Notes: generated from the letters alone by a model not told the origin. A stretch of 40,512 bases of DNA from Akkermansiaceae bacterium (GCA_051251915.1 JBPOGF010000027.1:1-40512); one strand, 5' to 3'. Positions 19,903 through 28,386 are shown, counted from the first letter of the stretch. Translations and numbers: made by a program.

Positions 19903-20577
19903 CTATTTTACTTTTGACCAGTCAATCACATGCTCACCTGGACGCGCTTGGATAGTTGGCTGAGCTTTAGGCTGGGGCTGGGGACTTGCTTGAGGTTGCT
20001 GCTGAGGAGTCGTTGGTGTTGTTGCCGGATTTCCTTGCTGTGTAGAATTACTCGCAACCTGAGAAGGATTCTCTTGAGTATTTTCTTTGCCAGTATTGGA
20101 CAATACCCACTCACCGCTAAGGTTACCCTTTGCATCCCAGTAGAGAGTGCTAGGAGCGTTCTTCGTAGAAGAATAGATGTTCATGATAACTGTGGCATTA
20201 AACGGAAAGTCAGTATCAATCTCCACCTTACCTAAAGAGTAATTCCTCACCTTGATGTCGGTCTTCTGAGTCTCAATTGTTTTCTGCAGTTTATCGACTT
20301 CATTCATGAGCCCTAAGCGAACCTTGTCTGCATCTACCTGAATACCTGAAGCTTCTGCATCTCCTGCTTCTGGCCTAGTAGCTAACTCTGCGCGAACACT
20401 ATTAAGCTCAGACCTTAACTCTTTAATCTGAGTTTCCTTTGCGACCAATTGACTCTTTGCGGCATCTCGCTCTGCTTCAAATTTGATTGCTTCTCGCTCA
20501 TAGCTCACATCTGAAGTTTCCTTACATGAGGAAATGAGCACACAACCTAGTAGTAAATATTTTGGTTTCATTTTCAT
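19903..20577 (-). CDS. Hypothetical lipoprotein with coiled coil and Q/P-rich tail
   Basis: Lipobox LISSC, heptad-rich N-terminal region, and QQQPQASPQPQP linker before a short C-terminal motif. Confidence 0.75.
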   Translation of the reverse strand: MKMKPKYLLLGCVLISSCKETSDVSYEREAIKFEAERDAAKSQLVAKETQIKELRSELNSVRAELATRPEAGDAEASGIQVDADKVRLGLMNEVDKLQKTIETQKTDIKVRNYSLGKVEIDTDFPFNATVIMNIYSSTKNAPSTLYWDAKGNLSGEWVLSNTGKENTQENPSQVASNSTQQGNPATTPTTPQQQPQASPQPQPKAQPTIQARPGEHVIDWSKVK

Positions 20578-20585
20578 AACATTTT

Positions 20586-21062
20586 TTATCTCACTGCTTT
20601 AATACTTAAAGGCTGACCATACACATTCGTGAATGCCATCACCGTGTCGCCTTTAGTTAGTGGAGGTAAGTTTTTACTGATCAGAGTATGGGTTTGATTA
20701 TTCATTCTGATCGTCACTTCTTGCGCGCTAGTTTCTCTCACTTTCGACTCTAAAGCCCTACCACTAAATGCACCGACGAGTTGCCCCGCTATTCCCCCTA
20801 CGATGCTACCTGTACCTGACCCTATATTTTTATATCCTACCGCCGCACCACCTAAACTCCCAGCAAATCCTCCTACTCCAGAGTTCTTAGTCACACGGAT
20901 AGGGTAACTACTTACCACAGTGGCCATTTGCATGCTCGATGCCGTCGTCCTGTGAGGAGCATAAGTCACACTACTTTGTTGTGAACAGCTAGTTACAAAA
21001 AGAGCGGTCACAATAGCAGCGCTGGCGCTCTTTACTCTACTATAAATCATTCTATTCATCAT
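20586..21062 (-). CDS. Glycine-zipper 2TM outer-membrane lipoprotein (SlyB/Pcp-like)
   Basis: Lipobox FVTSC, GGFAGSLGGAAVG...IGSGTGSIVGGIAGQLVG, and a C-terminal EVTIRM...LTKGDTV beta domain. Confidence 0.8.
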   Translation of the reverse strand: MMNRMIYSRVKSASAAIVTALFVTSCSQQSSVTYAPHRTTASSMQMATVVSSYPIRVTKNSGVGGFAGSLGGAAVGYKNIGSGTGSIVGGIAGQLVGAFSGRALESKVRETSAQEVTIRMNNQTHTLISKNLPPLTKGDTVMAFTNVYGQPLSIKAVR

Positions 21063-21100
21063 ACTATTCTCACTATATTCATTAAAATATCAACGATAAA

Positions 21101-24100
21101 CTACTCTAACGGAACTCCTAGCTTCTTAAGTGCTGCTTCAGCTGGCTTGTATCCTTGTTTTCGCGCCTCCTTATAATACTTGATGGATTTCTCTCCATCA
21201 CGTTTCACCTTACCCATACCGCTACTGTAAATAGTCCCTAAATTATACGAGGAAGCCCCGTGACCAGCATCTGATCCTTTAGTGAAATACTCGACCGCTT
21301 TCTCAAGATTTAGCATCCCAAATTCTGGTTGACCGTAGATCACACCTAGGTCTCCATAAGCATCCGCGACGCCTCCTTCAGCAGCTTTCTCGTAGTATCT
21401 AACTGCTTCAGCGACGTTTTTCTCAACCCCCCATCCTTTCAAGTAACAAAGTCCCAAGTTAATACTAGACTCAGCATTGTTCGCATCAGATCCCTCCTTA
21501 AATAACTTCACAGCCTTTCTCTGATCCATGGTCACGCCTTCACCATGCAGATACATCGATGCCACATTATTTTTAGCTAAAATATCCCCCTGTTCGGAAG
21601 CCATAATGAACCAGCCAACAGCTGATTTTAAATCTTTTTCTACTCCTTCACCCTCTATAAGCTTAACTCCTAAACTGAACTGACTATCGATAACTCCAGC
21701 CTCAGCAGATGAAATGAGCTCTTTGATTTCAGCTGAATAGCTTTTTCCGATAGAAGAAAAGACCACCGCTACTGAATCACTATTTATATTAATTTTATGC
21801 TTACCATTAGCACTGATTATTTCCAGTTCCCCCTTTAACATAGGCAACTGAAGCTCCACGAAACCATTTCCATTAGTGAGTGGCGTGAGTGACTCACTAG
21901 AGATCCCTTTGCTAAAGATCTCTTTCACCTTAGGCTCGTTGATCGTATCTAAATTCGGCTTAAATCTTAATTCCTCATAAGCAGGTAAACCATATAGCCT
22001 CACTGGCTTCTTAGAAACTTTTATCTCCCACACAATGCTCTCCGTATTTTCATTGATCGACTTCTTGATCTTGTCACATCCTGGTAGAATGAATTCTGTT
22101 TTGATAGGAAATGTAGTATCCATCGGCAAGATCAGCGTCACTTCATCCCCCTTAGTCTCCTTCTTTAAATCCAAGCCGATATCCACAGGGTAGAGGTAAG
22201 TTTTCATCAGCTCAGCTGTTTCCGGATATTCCTGGCCAGCAAACTTCACGATAGAACTAAACTTAATTATCCGGCTAGGAACCAAATTTAACTTGGTCGG
22301 ATAAACATGTTCATCTCCAGACTTTGTTAAGCTACTTTTATTGAGCTTAATTGGAGTAATTCGATGCGTAGTGGACTTCAATTTCAAAGTGACTGGTGCA
22401 TCATCCCAAGCAGCAAATGCCTCCGGCTCTAATGTCATGGAAAACTGATCACTGTCTTCTGACCTTACAACACTGAGTTCATCACCATTATTCGCATAGA
22501 TCACTAGCGGATTCGAGTCCGTGACCTCCAGCCCTTTAAGATCGCTAACTGTGATCATAATTTTCTCACTTCCCGAAACCGCAGGCAGAGATACAACCGG
22601 TTTGTCTGAGGCCTCATCATCCCGAGTAGTTTGCCCAGCAGTGGATTCATCTATCTTCTCTCCTGAATCAGCTAGAAAATATTTAGTCCCGAAATAACCA
22701 CCCACAGCAAGTGCTACAAACAATAACAAAAGTGGAACCAGTTTTGACTTTTTCTTTTCCTCTGCCTTTACTTTTTCCTGCGGCTTCTTCCTAACTGGCT
22801 TCTCAACAGGCTTCGTAACTTTTGGTGGCGTAACTTTTTCCGTAGATTTCTGAGCTATTTTCTTAGTAACTGGGAGAGCCTCGGGTTCGTCAAAAGACTC
22901 AATTTCAAAGTCTATATCCTCAATGATCTCCTGCGGATCAGCAATTACCTCAGGAATATTTGATGCTGATGTAGATGCTGGTGCAGGTGCAGGTGCCTGA
23001 GCGAGATTGGCGGCAGCCACCGGATCTGTCGGGCTAGCAAAACGTCCAGACATTCCAGACATCGATTTATGAGCATCGATCAAGAAACTTTTCCTCTGAC
23101 CTTTCATCTCTTGCGTGCTAAAAATAGAGGCCGAAGAATCTGCCGAGGTGTTCTCCATTTCGCTCAATTTAGCAAGGAAATCAGCCGCCGATGCAGGCAT
23201 AATCTCTGCAGCAATCACTTTACTGATATAATTATTAGACTCCTCAGAAAAGTTCGAGGTAGAGACATGGGCGGTCGGCGTTAGATAAGCACTCTGCTTT
23301 ACCTTCATCCCTGAAACCGCACTATAAATAAACCCAGCAAAGCTTGATAATGTAGATGTTGCCAAGTCTTCATTACTTAAAGTCATAGAGACATCATCCA
23401 CAGATTGGGAGTCTACAAACTTAGGAATACCAAATACTTCGACCGTTTCTAAAATCTCATTTCCAACCGCTATTCCCACTGTGAAATAATTGACCCATTG
23501 TTCCTTAGTAAGATGTAGAGGTTGATCAGCAAACGCTAACTTTATTTCGTTATGCGATAGCTGTAACCCAGGCATCCCAATTCGAGCACTCTCATCAATA
23601 GCACGAGCAATACTCTGGAACAAATGGTTGTATTTAGAAAACCTTAACTCCCCTACCTGCTGGACCAGTAAGGTCACATCAGCAAGTGGATAAGGAGTCG
23701 ATAAATAACACACCGCCTCATCATATTCCCCCCGATGCACAAACGGAGATAGCACCCCCACATCACTAGCTAAAAGCTTATCAGCATTTGTGATAACTTC
23801 CTCGAACGCTGAATCTCGACTATCAGGAATATAGATAGAACTTCTTATACTAGCGTCTTGTTTACTGACACAATTATACAATGTACCGTGAATATCCTGA
23901 TGCACTATCTCTAGAATATCCCAAATCTCAGACCAGTCCACATTGACCTCCTCAACTTGTTCTTTAAGGCTCTCTAAGTTAAACCCCTCAGGTATAATGC
24001 TCGGAAAAATACCGCCACCAATGTCTGCTGGTTTTGCAACTTCAGGAGAAGGCGCTTTCAATTCTGGATCTTCTAGATCTACCAAAACTTCTCGCGCTGA

Positions 24101-24928
24101 AGTATAGCGCTCAGCCTGATCTTTGCGTAATAACTTAGACAGGATAGCAACTGCATCCGCCTCTAAACCATCTGGAAACTCATTATCATAACGATCAGAC
24201 TTCAGCCGATGATGAACAAGCTGAGCAGTAGAAGTGTGCTCGAACGGTGACCCGCCCACTAGTAAATACCACAGAGTTACCCCCACAGAAAATAAATCAC
24301 TGCGCTCATCCAATTCCTCTTCTTTAAGTTGTTCTGGTGAGGCCGTAAGCGGACTACCTAAGAACCCTCCCTCATTGGTTAGCAGGACATTTGTCTTGTG
24401 ACTCGAACTCTGCTCTAAAACCTTGACCAAGCCGAAGTCGATCAACTTAAGATTCATCGTCCCATCATTCTCTGACAGCATGATGTTAGATGGCTTAATA
24501 TCGCGATGAAGCAACCCCTTACCATGAGCTTCCGTAAGAGCTGAGAATATTTGCTTTGCCATCCTCTTCACTGCTGACCAGGGCTGAGGTCCATTAGCTT
24601 TCGCAAACGCTTCTAAGTCATGCCCAGCACAGTAGGTCATAGCATAATAGAAAATACCTTCAGACTCACCAAAATCATAGATCTGAGCTATATTAGGATG
24701 CTCAAGCAAAGATGCAGCTTGAGCTTCCTGTAGAAATCGTTGCTTCGAATTTGACCTCCGAATCAAGCTCTCATTAATCACCTTGAGCGCACAAAACCTA
24801 GGGAGGTGTTTGTGCTCGGCTTTATAAGTAGTACCAAAAGCACCTTTACCTAGTTCCCAGTTCTGCCCATCACCGTTTTTAAGCACCCGGTAATTCCCTA
24901 ATTCAATGTCTTTTTCGTTTCCCGCCAT
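21101..24928 (-). CDS. Transmembrane Hanks-type Ser/Thr kinase with second kinase-like domain and five C-terminal Sel1 repeats
   Basis: GKGAFG, ALK, HRDIKPSN, DFG, SPEQ, DLFSVG; TM LVPLLLLFVALAVGGYFG; Sel1 repeats such as SINLGLCYLKGWGVEKNVAEAVRYYEKAAEGG. Confidence 0.92.
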   Translation of the reverse strand: MAGNEKDIELGNYRVLKNGDGQNWELGKGAFGTTYKAEHKHLPRFCALKVINESLIRRSNSKQRFLQEAQAASLLEHPNIAQIYDFGESEGIFYYAMTYCAGHDLEAFAKANGPQPWSAVKRMAKQIFSALTEAHGKGLLHRDIKPSNIMLSENDGTMNLKLIDFGLVKVLEQSSSHKTNVLLTNEGGFLGSPLTASPEQLKEEELDERSDLFSVGVTLWYLLVGGSPFEHTSTAQLVHHRLKSDRYDNEFPDGLEADAVAILSKLLRKDQAERYTSAREVLVDLEDPELKAPSPEVAKPADIGGGIFPSIIPEGFNLESLKEQVEEVNVDWSEIWDILEIVHQDIHGTLYNCVSKQDASIRSSIYIPDSRDSAFEEVITNADKLLASDVGVLSPFVHRGEYDEAVCYLSTPYPLADVTLLVQQVGELRFSKYNHLFQSIARAIDESARIGMPGLQLSHNEIKLAFADQPLHLTKEQWVNYFTVGIAVGNEILETVEVFGIPKFVDSQSVDDVSMTLSNEDLATSTLSSFAGFIYSAVSGMKVKQSAYLTPTAHVSTSNFSEESNNYISKVIAAEIMPASAADFLAKLSEMENTSADSSASIFSTQEMKGQRKSFLIDAHKSMSGMSGRFASPTDPVAAANLAQAPAPAPASTSASNIPEVIADPQEIIEDIDFEIESFDEPEALPVTKKIAQKSTEKVTPPKVTKPVEKPVRKKPQEKVKAEEKKKSKLVPLLLLFVALAVGGYFGTKYFLADSGEKIDESTAGQTTRDDEASDKPVVSLPAVSGSEKIMITVSDLKGLEVTDSNPLVIYANNGDELSVVRSEDSDQFSMTLEPEAFAAWDDAPVTLKLKSTTHRITPIKLNKSSLTKSGDEHVYPTKLNLVPSRIIKFSSIVKFAGQEYPETAELMKTYLYPVDIGLDLKKETKGDEVTLILPMDTTFPIKTEFILPGCDKIKKSINENTESIVWEIKVSKKPVRLYGLPAYEELRFKPNLDTINEPKVKEIFSKGISSESLTPLTNGNGFVELQLPMLKGELEIISANGKHKININSDSVAVVFSSIGKSYSAEIKELISSAEAGVIDSQFSLGVKLIEGEGVEKDLKSAVGWFIMASEQGDILAKNNVASMYLHGEGVTMDQRKAVKLFKEGSDANNAESSINLGLCYLKGWGVEKNVAEAVRYYEKAAEGGVADAYGDLGVIYGQPEFGMLNLEKAVEYFTKGSDAGHGASSYNLGTIYSSGMGKVKRDGEKSIKYYKEARKQGYKPAEAALKKLGVPLE

Positions 24929-24983
24929 CTGTTACAAAATAATATTCCTTATTTGTAGAGGTTTTCTCGCCTTTATAAACCCA

Positions 24984-25023
24984 AAAAGCAAAATCCAGAA
25001 TTTTAATCATAAAATCCTGGATT
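24984..25023 (-). terminator. Intrinsic terminator-like hairpin inside the cluster, between the small lipoprotein genes and the kinase gene
   Basis: 14-bp stem (24992-25005/25010-25023, one G-U on the minus strand), 4-nt loop, followed by a U-rich tract (UGCUUUUU). Confidence 0.55.
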
Positions 25024-25081
25024 AAGCTTTATAAACCAAAGAGATATTCTTGATTCTCTGGTGAAGTGAAAACAAGTTTAT

Positions 25082-25270
25082 TTATTGAGTGTAGTAAGCA
25101 TTAGGCACAACCATAGTTTCGCCCTTATTAACCCCTATAACCTTGTTCTTTTCAGTCTTCGTGTCTTGGACATAGACGGTTGTCTTTGTCTTATACACGG
25201 TTGTTGGCTCAGTAGCACAAGATGCCATAATGACACTCGCAAAGCCAAGCATGATTAGTTTCAATTTCAT
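25082..25270 (-). CDS. Small lipoprotein (62 aa)
   Basis: MKLKLIMLGFASVIMASC lipobox; T/K/V-rich mature part; same strand and tight spacing in the operon. Confidence 0.75.
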   Translation of the reverse strand: MKLKLIMLGFASVIMASCATEPTTVYKTKTTVYVQDTKTEKNKVIGVNKGETMVVPNAYYTQ

Positions 25271-25282
25271 AGTTCGGCTAGT

Positions 25283-25489
25283 TTAGTGAGAGATCGCTCT
25301 GAAGTCCTCAGGATTATCCTTAGGCGCTACATATACTTTCTTAGGCTTAGGTGTTACTTTAGGCTTAGTCACTTTTTTAGGCGGAACTTTTACAATGCTG
25401 ATGTCCTGCACGTGCACTGGAGCAGGTGTGCATGATGAGAAGATTGCAGCTGTTGCTACTAATAAAATTGCAGTAATTGTCTTTTTCAT
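25283..25489 (-). CDS. Small Lys/Pro-rich lipoprotein (68 aa)
   Basis: MKKTITAILLVATAAIFSSC lipobox; KVPPKKVTKPKVTPKPKK. Confidence 0.78.
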   Translation of the reverse strand: MKKTITAILLVATAAIFSSCTPAPVHVQDISIVKVPPKKVTKPKVTPKPKKVYVAPKDNPEDFRAISH

Positions 25490-25529
25490 AATTTATATAT
25501 TTTAAGTATTGGTTGTTTTATCTCTAGGA

Positions 25530-26024
25530 TTAGTTTGACTTAGCAGGTCCAGCAGCTGGTGCCACATTTGGATCAACTGGATCTAGTCTCTCACCGCCAC
25601 CTCGGCGACCTACGATCACTGACCAAGCTCCTAAACCATTTGCTCTAGCTACGTGTAGAATCACTCTCACTGTTCCTGTGTAAGAAGCTCTAAACTTCAC
25701 ACCTGCGCGTGAGCTAGATCTACGATCTTTAAGGATAAGTGCGTTTGTTTCGTCATAGATATAAATATCAAGATCTTTAATGTATTCATCGCGACCTGCA
25801 AGGAAAACATAATCGATACCTTTCGTGATTGGCACCAAGAACGAAATCTTAGCTCCTGACCCATCGACTCCATCGATAGAAGGCACCATCTTGTAATCTC
25901 TGTCCTTATAGTAAACGCCCATGCTGTAGGCATCATCAGTTGATTTAACCGGATCTTGCGCATTTGCTGCATTGCAGAAAACAAAGGCACAAGCCATCAT
26001 TGTTGTTAGTATCTTTTTTATCAT
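25530..26024 (-). CDS. Secreted beta-sandwich protein (PPC/pre-peptidase C-terminal-like)
   Basis: Sec signal ending ANA-Q; DLDIYIYDE...ILKD...YTGTVRV pattern typical of PPC-like domains. Confidence 0.7.
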   Translation of the reverse strand: MIKKILTTMMACAFVFCNAANAQDPVKSTDDAYSMGVYYKDRDYKMVPSIDGVDGSGAKISFLVPITKGIDYVFLAGRDEYIKDLDIYIYDETNALILKDRRSSSRAGVKFRASYTGTVRVILHVARANGLGAWSVIVGRRGGGERLDPVDPNVAPAAGPAKSN

Positions 26025-26096
26025 AGTTACGTATTTGGTTGTTATAGGGGAGGTTTTATTTCTGTTATTTAGTATGGGTATTAAGGTTATTAAACG

Positions 26097-26933
26097 TTAT
26101 CGTTTGTTTGCGATCGCGAGTTTTCTGAACGCTGAAGTAGCTTCATAAATCTTCGTTACATTCTCCTGAGTCACGCTTCCCTGAAGCGGTATATTCACCA
26201 TTGGGTAAATTTTCTTCAATGTGCCAAGCATGCTTTTGATAACAATATCTTTCTGAGTAGACTCGTCTAATGCTTCTATTTCCTTTATCATTTGCTTCAC
26301 AAGCATAGGTTCACGTAGAAGAGCCGCTGTATCAGCACTGTACTCCTGCTTGATCACACTAGTCATCATGTGTGCTCCTTCCAGCCAGCCTGCCGCGATG
26401 AGAATCACACGTCTATTTTTAAGCTCTTTCTTAGCAAGTGTTCCCAACACATCTTTCTGCAAGAAACCTAGCTCGAGAAATACTCGGTTCCAGTCCTTCT
26501 TATTCGCATAAGTTTTTACTTTATTAGCGCGTTTAAATGTACTATCTGATGCTCCTATTTTTTTTGCTAGCAACTCGATGTCAGCTGCAGATTTATTGAG
26601 AAGCTCCACATCTCTAGCCATGATAGAAAGCACTCCATCACTCATCCGCATGCCAATCATGACCGGCACCATCACATTTTCATCCGAGTAATTATTCCGA
26701 TCCATATAGTTGAAATAATTACGGCCGACAGACTTCCAGTCCACTTTGCCTTTCCCTAAGACTTGGTTCACAGCAATCATTTTATCGATCACTGTTGGTG
26801 TCACCATGCCAGCATCACGCACATCCTCGTTAGGATTGAATGTGGGCTTTTGAGCACTAAGCGTGTTACTTAGGCAGATTGCAGACAGTGCCAAAACAGG
26901 CAAATGGAATAATTTATTTTTCATAGAGTTCAT
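26097..26933 (-). CDS. Secreted all-helical hypothetical protein
   Basis: Sec signal ending LSA-Q; helical pattern with a conserved-looking ILIAAGWLEG segment. Confidence 0.75.
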   Translation of the reverse strand: MNSMKNKLFHLPVLALSAICLSNTLSAQKPTFNPNEDVRDAGMVTPTVIDKMIAVNQVLGKGKVDWKSVGRNYFNYMDRNNYSDENVMVPVMIGMRMSDGVLSIMARDVELLNKSAADIELLAKKIGASDSTFKRANKVKTYANKKDWNRVFLELGFLQKDVLGTLAKKELKNRRVILIAAGWLEGAHMMTSVIKQEYSADTAALLREPMLVKQMIKEIEALDESTQKDIVIKSMLGTLKKIYPMVNIPLQGSVTQENVTKIYEATSAFRKLAIANKR

Positions 26934-27046
26934 TGTTGTAGAGTCGATTAATTGTTGTCACTTAACTATTACCACTCTTGTTAAGTGACAGCAATGATTT
27001 ACTAGTGACAGAGCGGAACCCCATACCAGCTGCTCTACTTTTCGTT

Positions 27047-27205
27047 CTATCGCTGTAGCTGTCTGCCTTTTTCTAATTCTAAGCCCAGCTCATTATGGAG
27101 CCTTACGCCCTCAGCATTTCTCTCGTTCATTGTATCATGATATGCGCATGAGTTCATTCCTAGAGTAGCTCCGATAAGGCATAGTAGTGTGATTAATTTT
27201 TTCAT
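27047..27205 (-). CDS. Small lipoprotein (52 aa), not in the ORF track
   Basis: Manual translation MKKLITLLCLIGATLGMNSCAYHDTMNERNAEGVRLHNELGLELEKGRQLQR*; MKK + hydrophobic core + MNSC lipobox; starts 27 bp after the upstream stop. Confidence 0.75.
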   Translation of the reverse strand: MKKLITLLCLIGATLGMNSCAYHDTMNERNAEGVRLHNELGLELEKGRQLQR

Positions 27206-27232
27206 TTTATTAATTAGTTGTTTGATTAAATA

Positions 27233-27910
27233 CTAGTTAGAAGCGAGTGACTCATAGCCAACCAATGTCTGTCTCTGCTTAGCTAATGTTGCACGATGGT
27301 TCTGAGCAATGCGCACTTCTTTCGCAAGCATAGCTTTGTCTGATCCATGTAGTTTTGCAACTGTAGCCTGTCTTGATTGAATCAAGCTGTCGGTCTGTTT
27401 GATAGCATTATCCACAGATTTTCTTTCTACTCTAGCGAGCTGCTTTCTTTCTGCAGCACTCTTAGCTCTAAGCTGAGCGATACGCTGATCTACTCGGCGA
27501 TTATATGCAGCAAGCTTTCTGTTATTATCTTTAGCCGCTGCAATCATGCTTTGAAGATTCTGATTCGATAACCTCTTATTCTTTGCATTGTTAGCCTGAT
27601 TCTTCCCTACCTGATTTCCTATAACACCACCTAAAAGTCCACCTAAGATAGCTCCTTCAGAATTTTTAATACCTAACTTATCCGCTAATAACGCTCCGGC
27701 GATCGCTCCCCCTACTGCACCTACAGCTCTCGCTTGGCCTAAAATCTGTTTCTCTTTAGAATCGTATCCTATACTACCCACCGCGGACCTAGTTCCTACT
27801 CCGCCGATAGACTCAGCGGTTGCTCCACAGTTTGTTAAACCCACTGGCATTGCTGAAGCCAACATACATACCAATAACACTCTCATTTTTTGCATTCTCA
27901 TTTTGATCAT
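27233..27910 (-). CDS. Glycine-zipper + coiled-coil lipoprotein (TagQ-like architecture)
   Basis: Lipobox GLTNC, GAVGGAIAGALL...GAILGGLLGGVIG, and a basic coiled-coil C-terminal half. Confidence 0.78.
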   Translation of the reverse strand: MIKMRMQKMRVLLVCMLASAMPVGLTNCGATAESIGGVGTRSAVGSIGYDSKEKQILGQARAVGAVGGAIAGALLADKLGIKNSEGAILGGLLGGVIGNQVGKNQANNAKNKRLSNQNLQSMIAAAKDNNRKLAAYNRRVDQRIAQLRAKSAAERKQLARVERKSVDNAIKQTDSLIQSRQATVAKLHGSDKAMLAKEVRIAQNHRATLAKQRQTLVGYESLASN

Positions 27911-28358
27911 AATAATTTTTGCGATTAGAATCTATCATATACTATATTTATCATGAACTCGGCAACACATTATTCAACAGTAATTAATAATATGCAATGA
28001 ACCCCTCTATCACAGGCATTTCCAGACCATGATAAATCTTCATGGAAATCTAGTATTAGTATATATATCTTAAATTATACGCCGGTGAGTAAAGTTCACA
28101 GCTAAGTATTTACCCCCGTTATACTCTACAATTAACTATCAGCACATCACCCCTACAGATACATTTGTTTTCAAGCTTCATCTTCACGAAGCGAAAACAC
28201 TCCATTTAACGATTCAAAGTGACCAATGCTAGTACTTCAGACCCAATACTCAAAGTAATTTTTTATCGCAAAAATGTGACTATTTGACCGCGGTATCCGT
28301 CTAAATAGTTAGACATGGCATAGGGATGATCTTTCTGCCAAATTATCTTCTTTCATCA

Positions 28359-28386
28359 TTGACGATCCCAATTGCGAGGCTATGAT
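28359..28386 (+). promoter_or_regulatory. sigma70-like promoter TTGACG-16-TATGAT for the STAS/PP2C operon
   Basis: Near-consensus hexamers. The -10 overlaps the ORF-track ATG, which suggests a real start at GTG 28424. Confidence 0.5.

Noticed and set aside
22977..22997. GGTGCA hexamer repeat as a phase-variable tract
   Set aside because: Only about three in-frame copies, encoding an Ala-Pro linker.
16469..27910. Type VI secretion locus
   Set aside because: No Hcp, VgrG, TssBC, TssLM or ClpV genes; only regulatory-module analogues are present.
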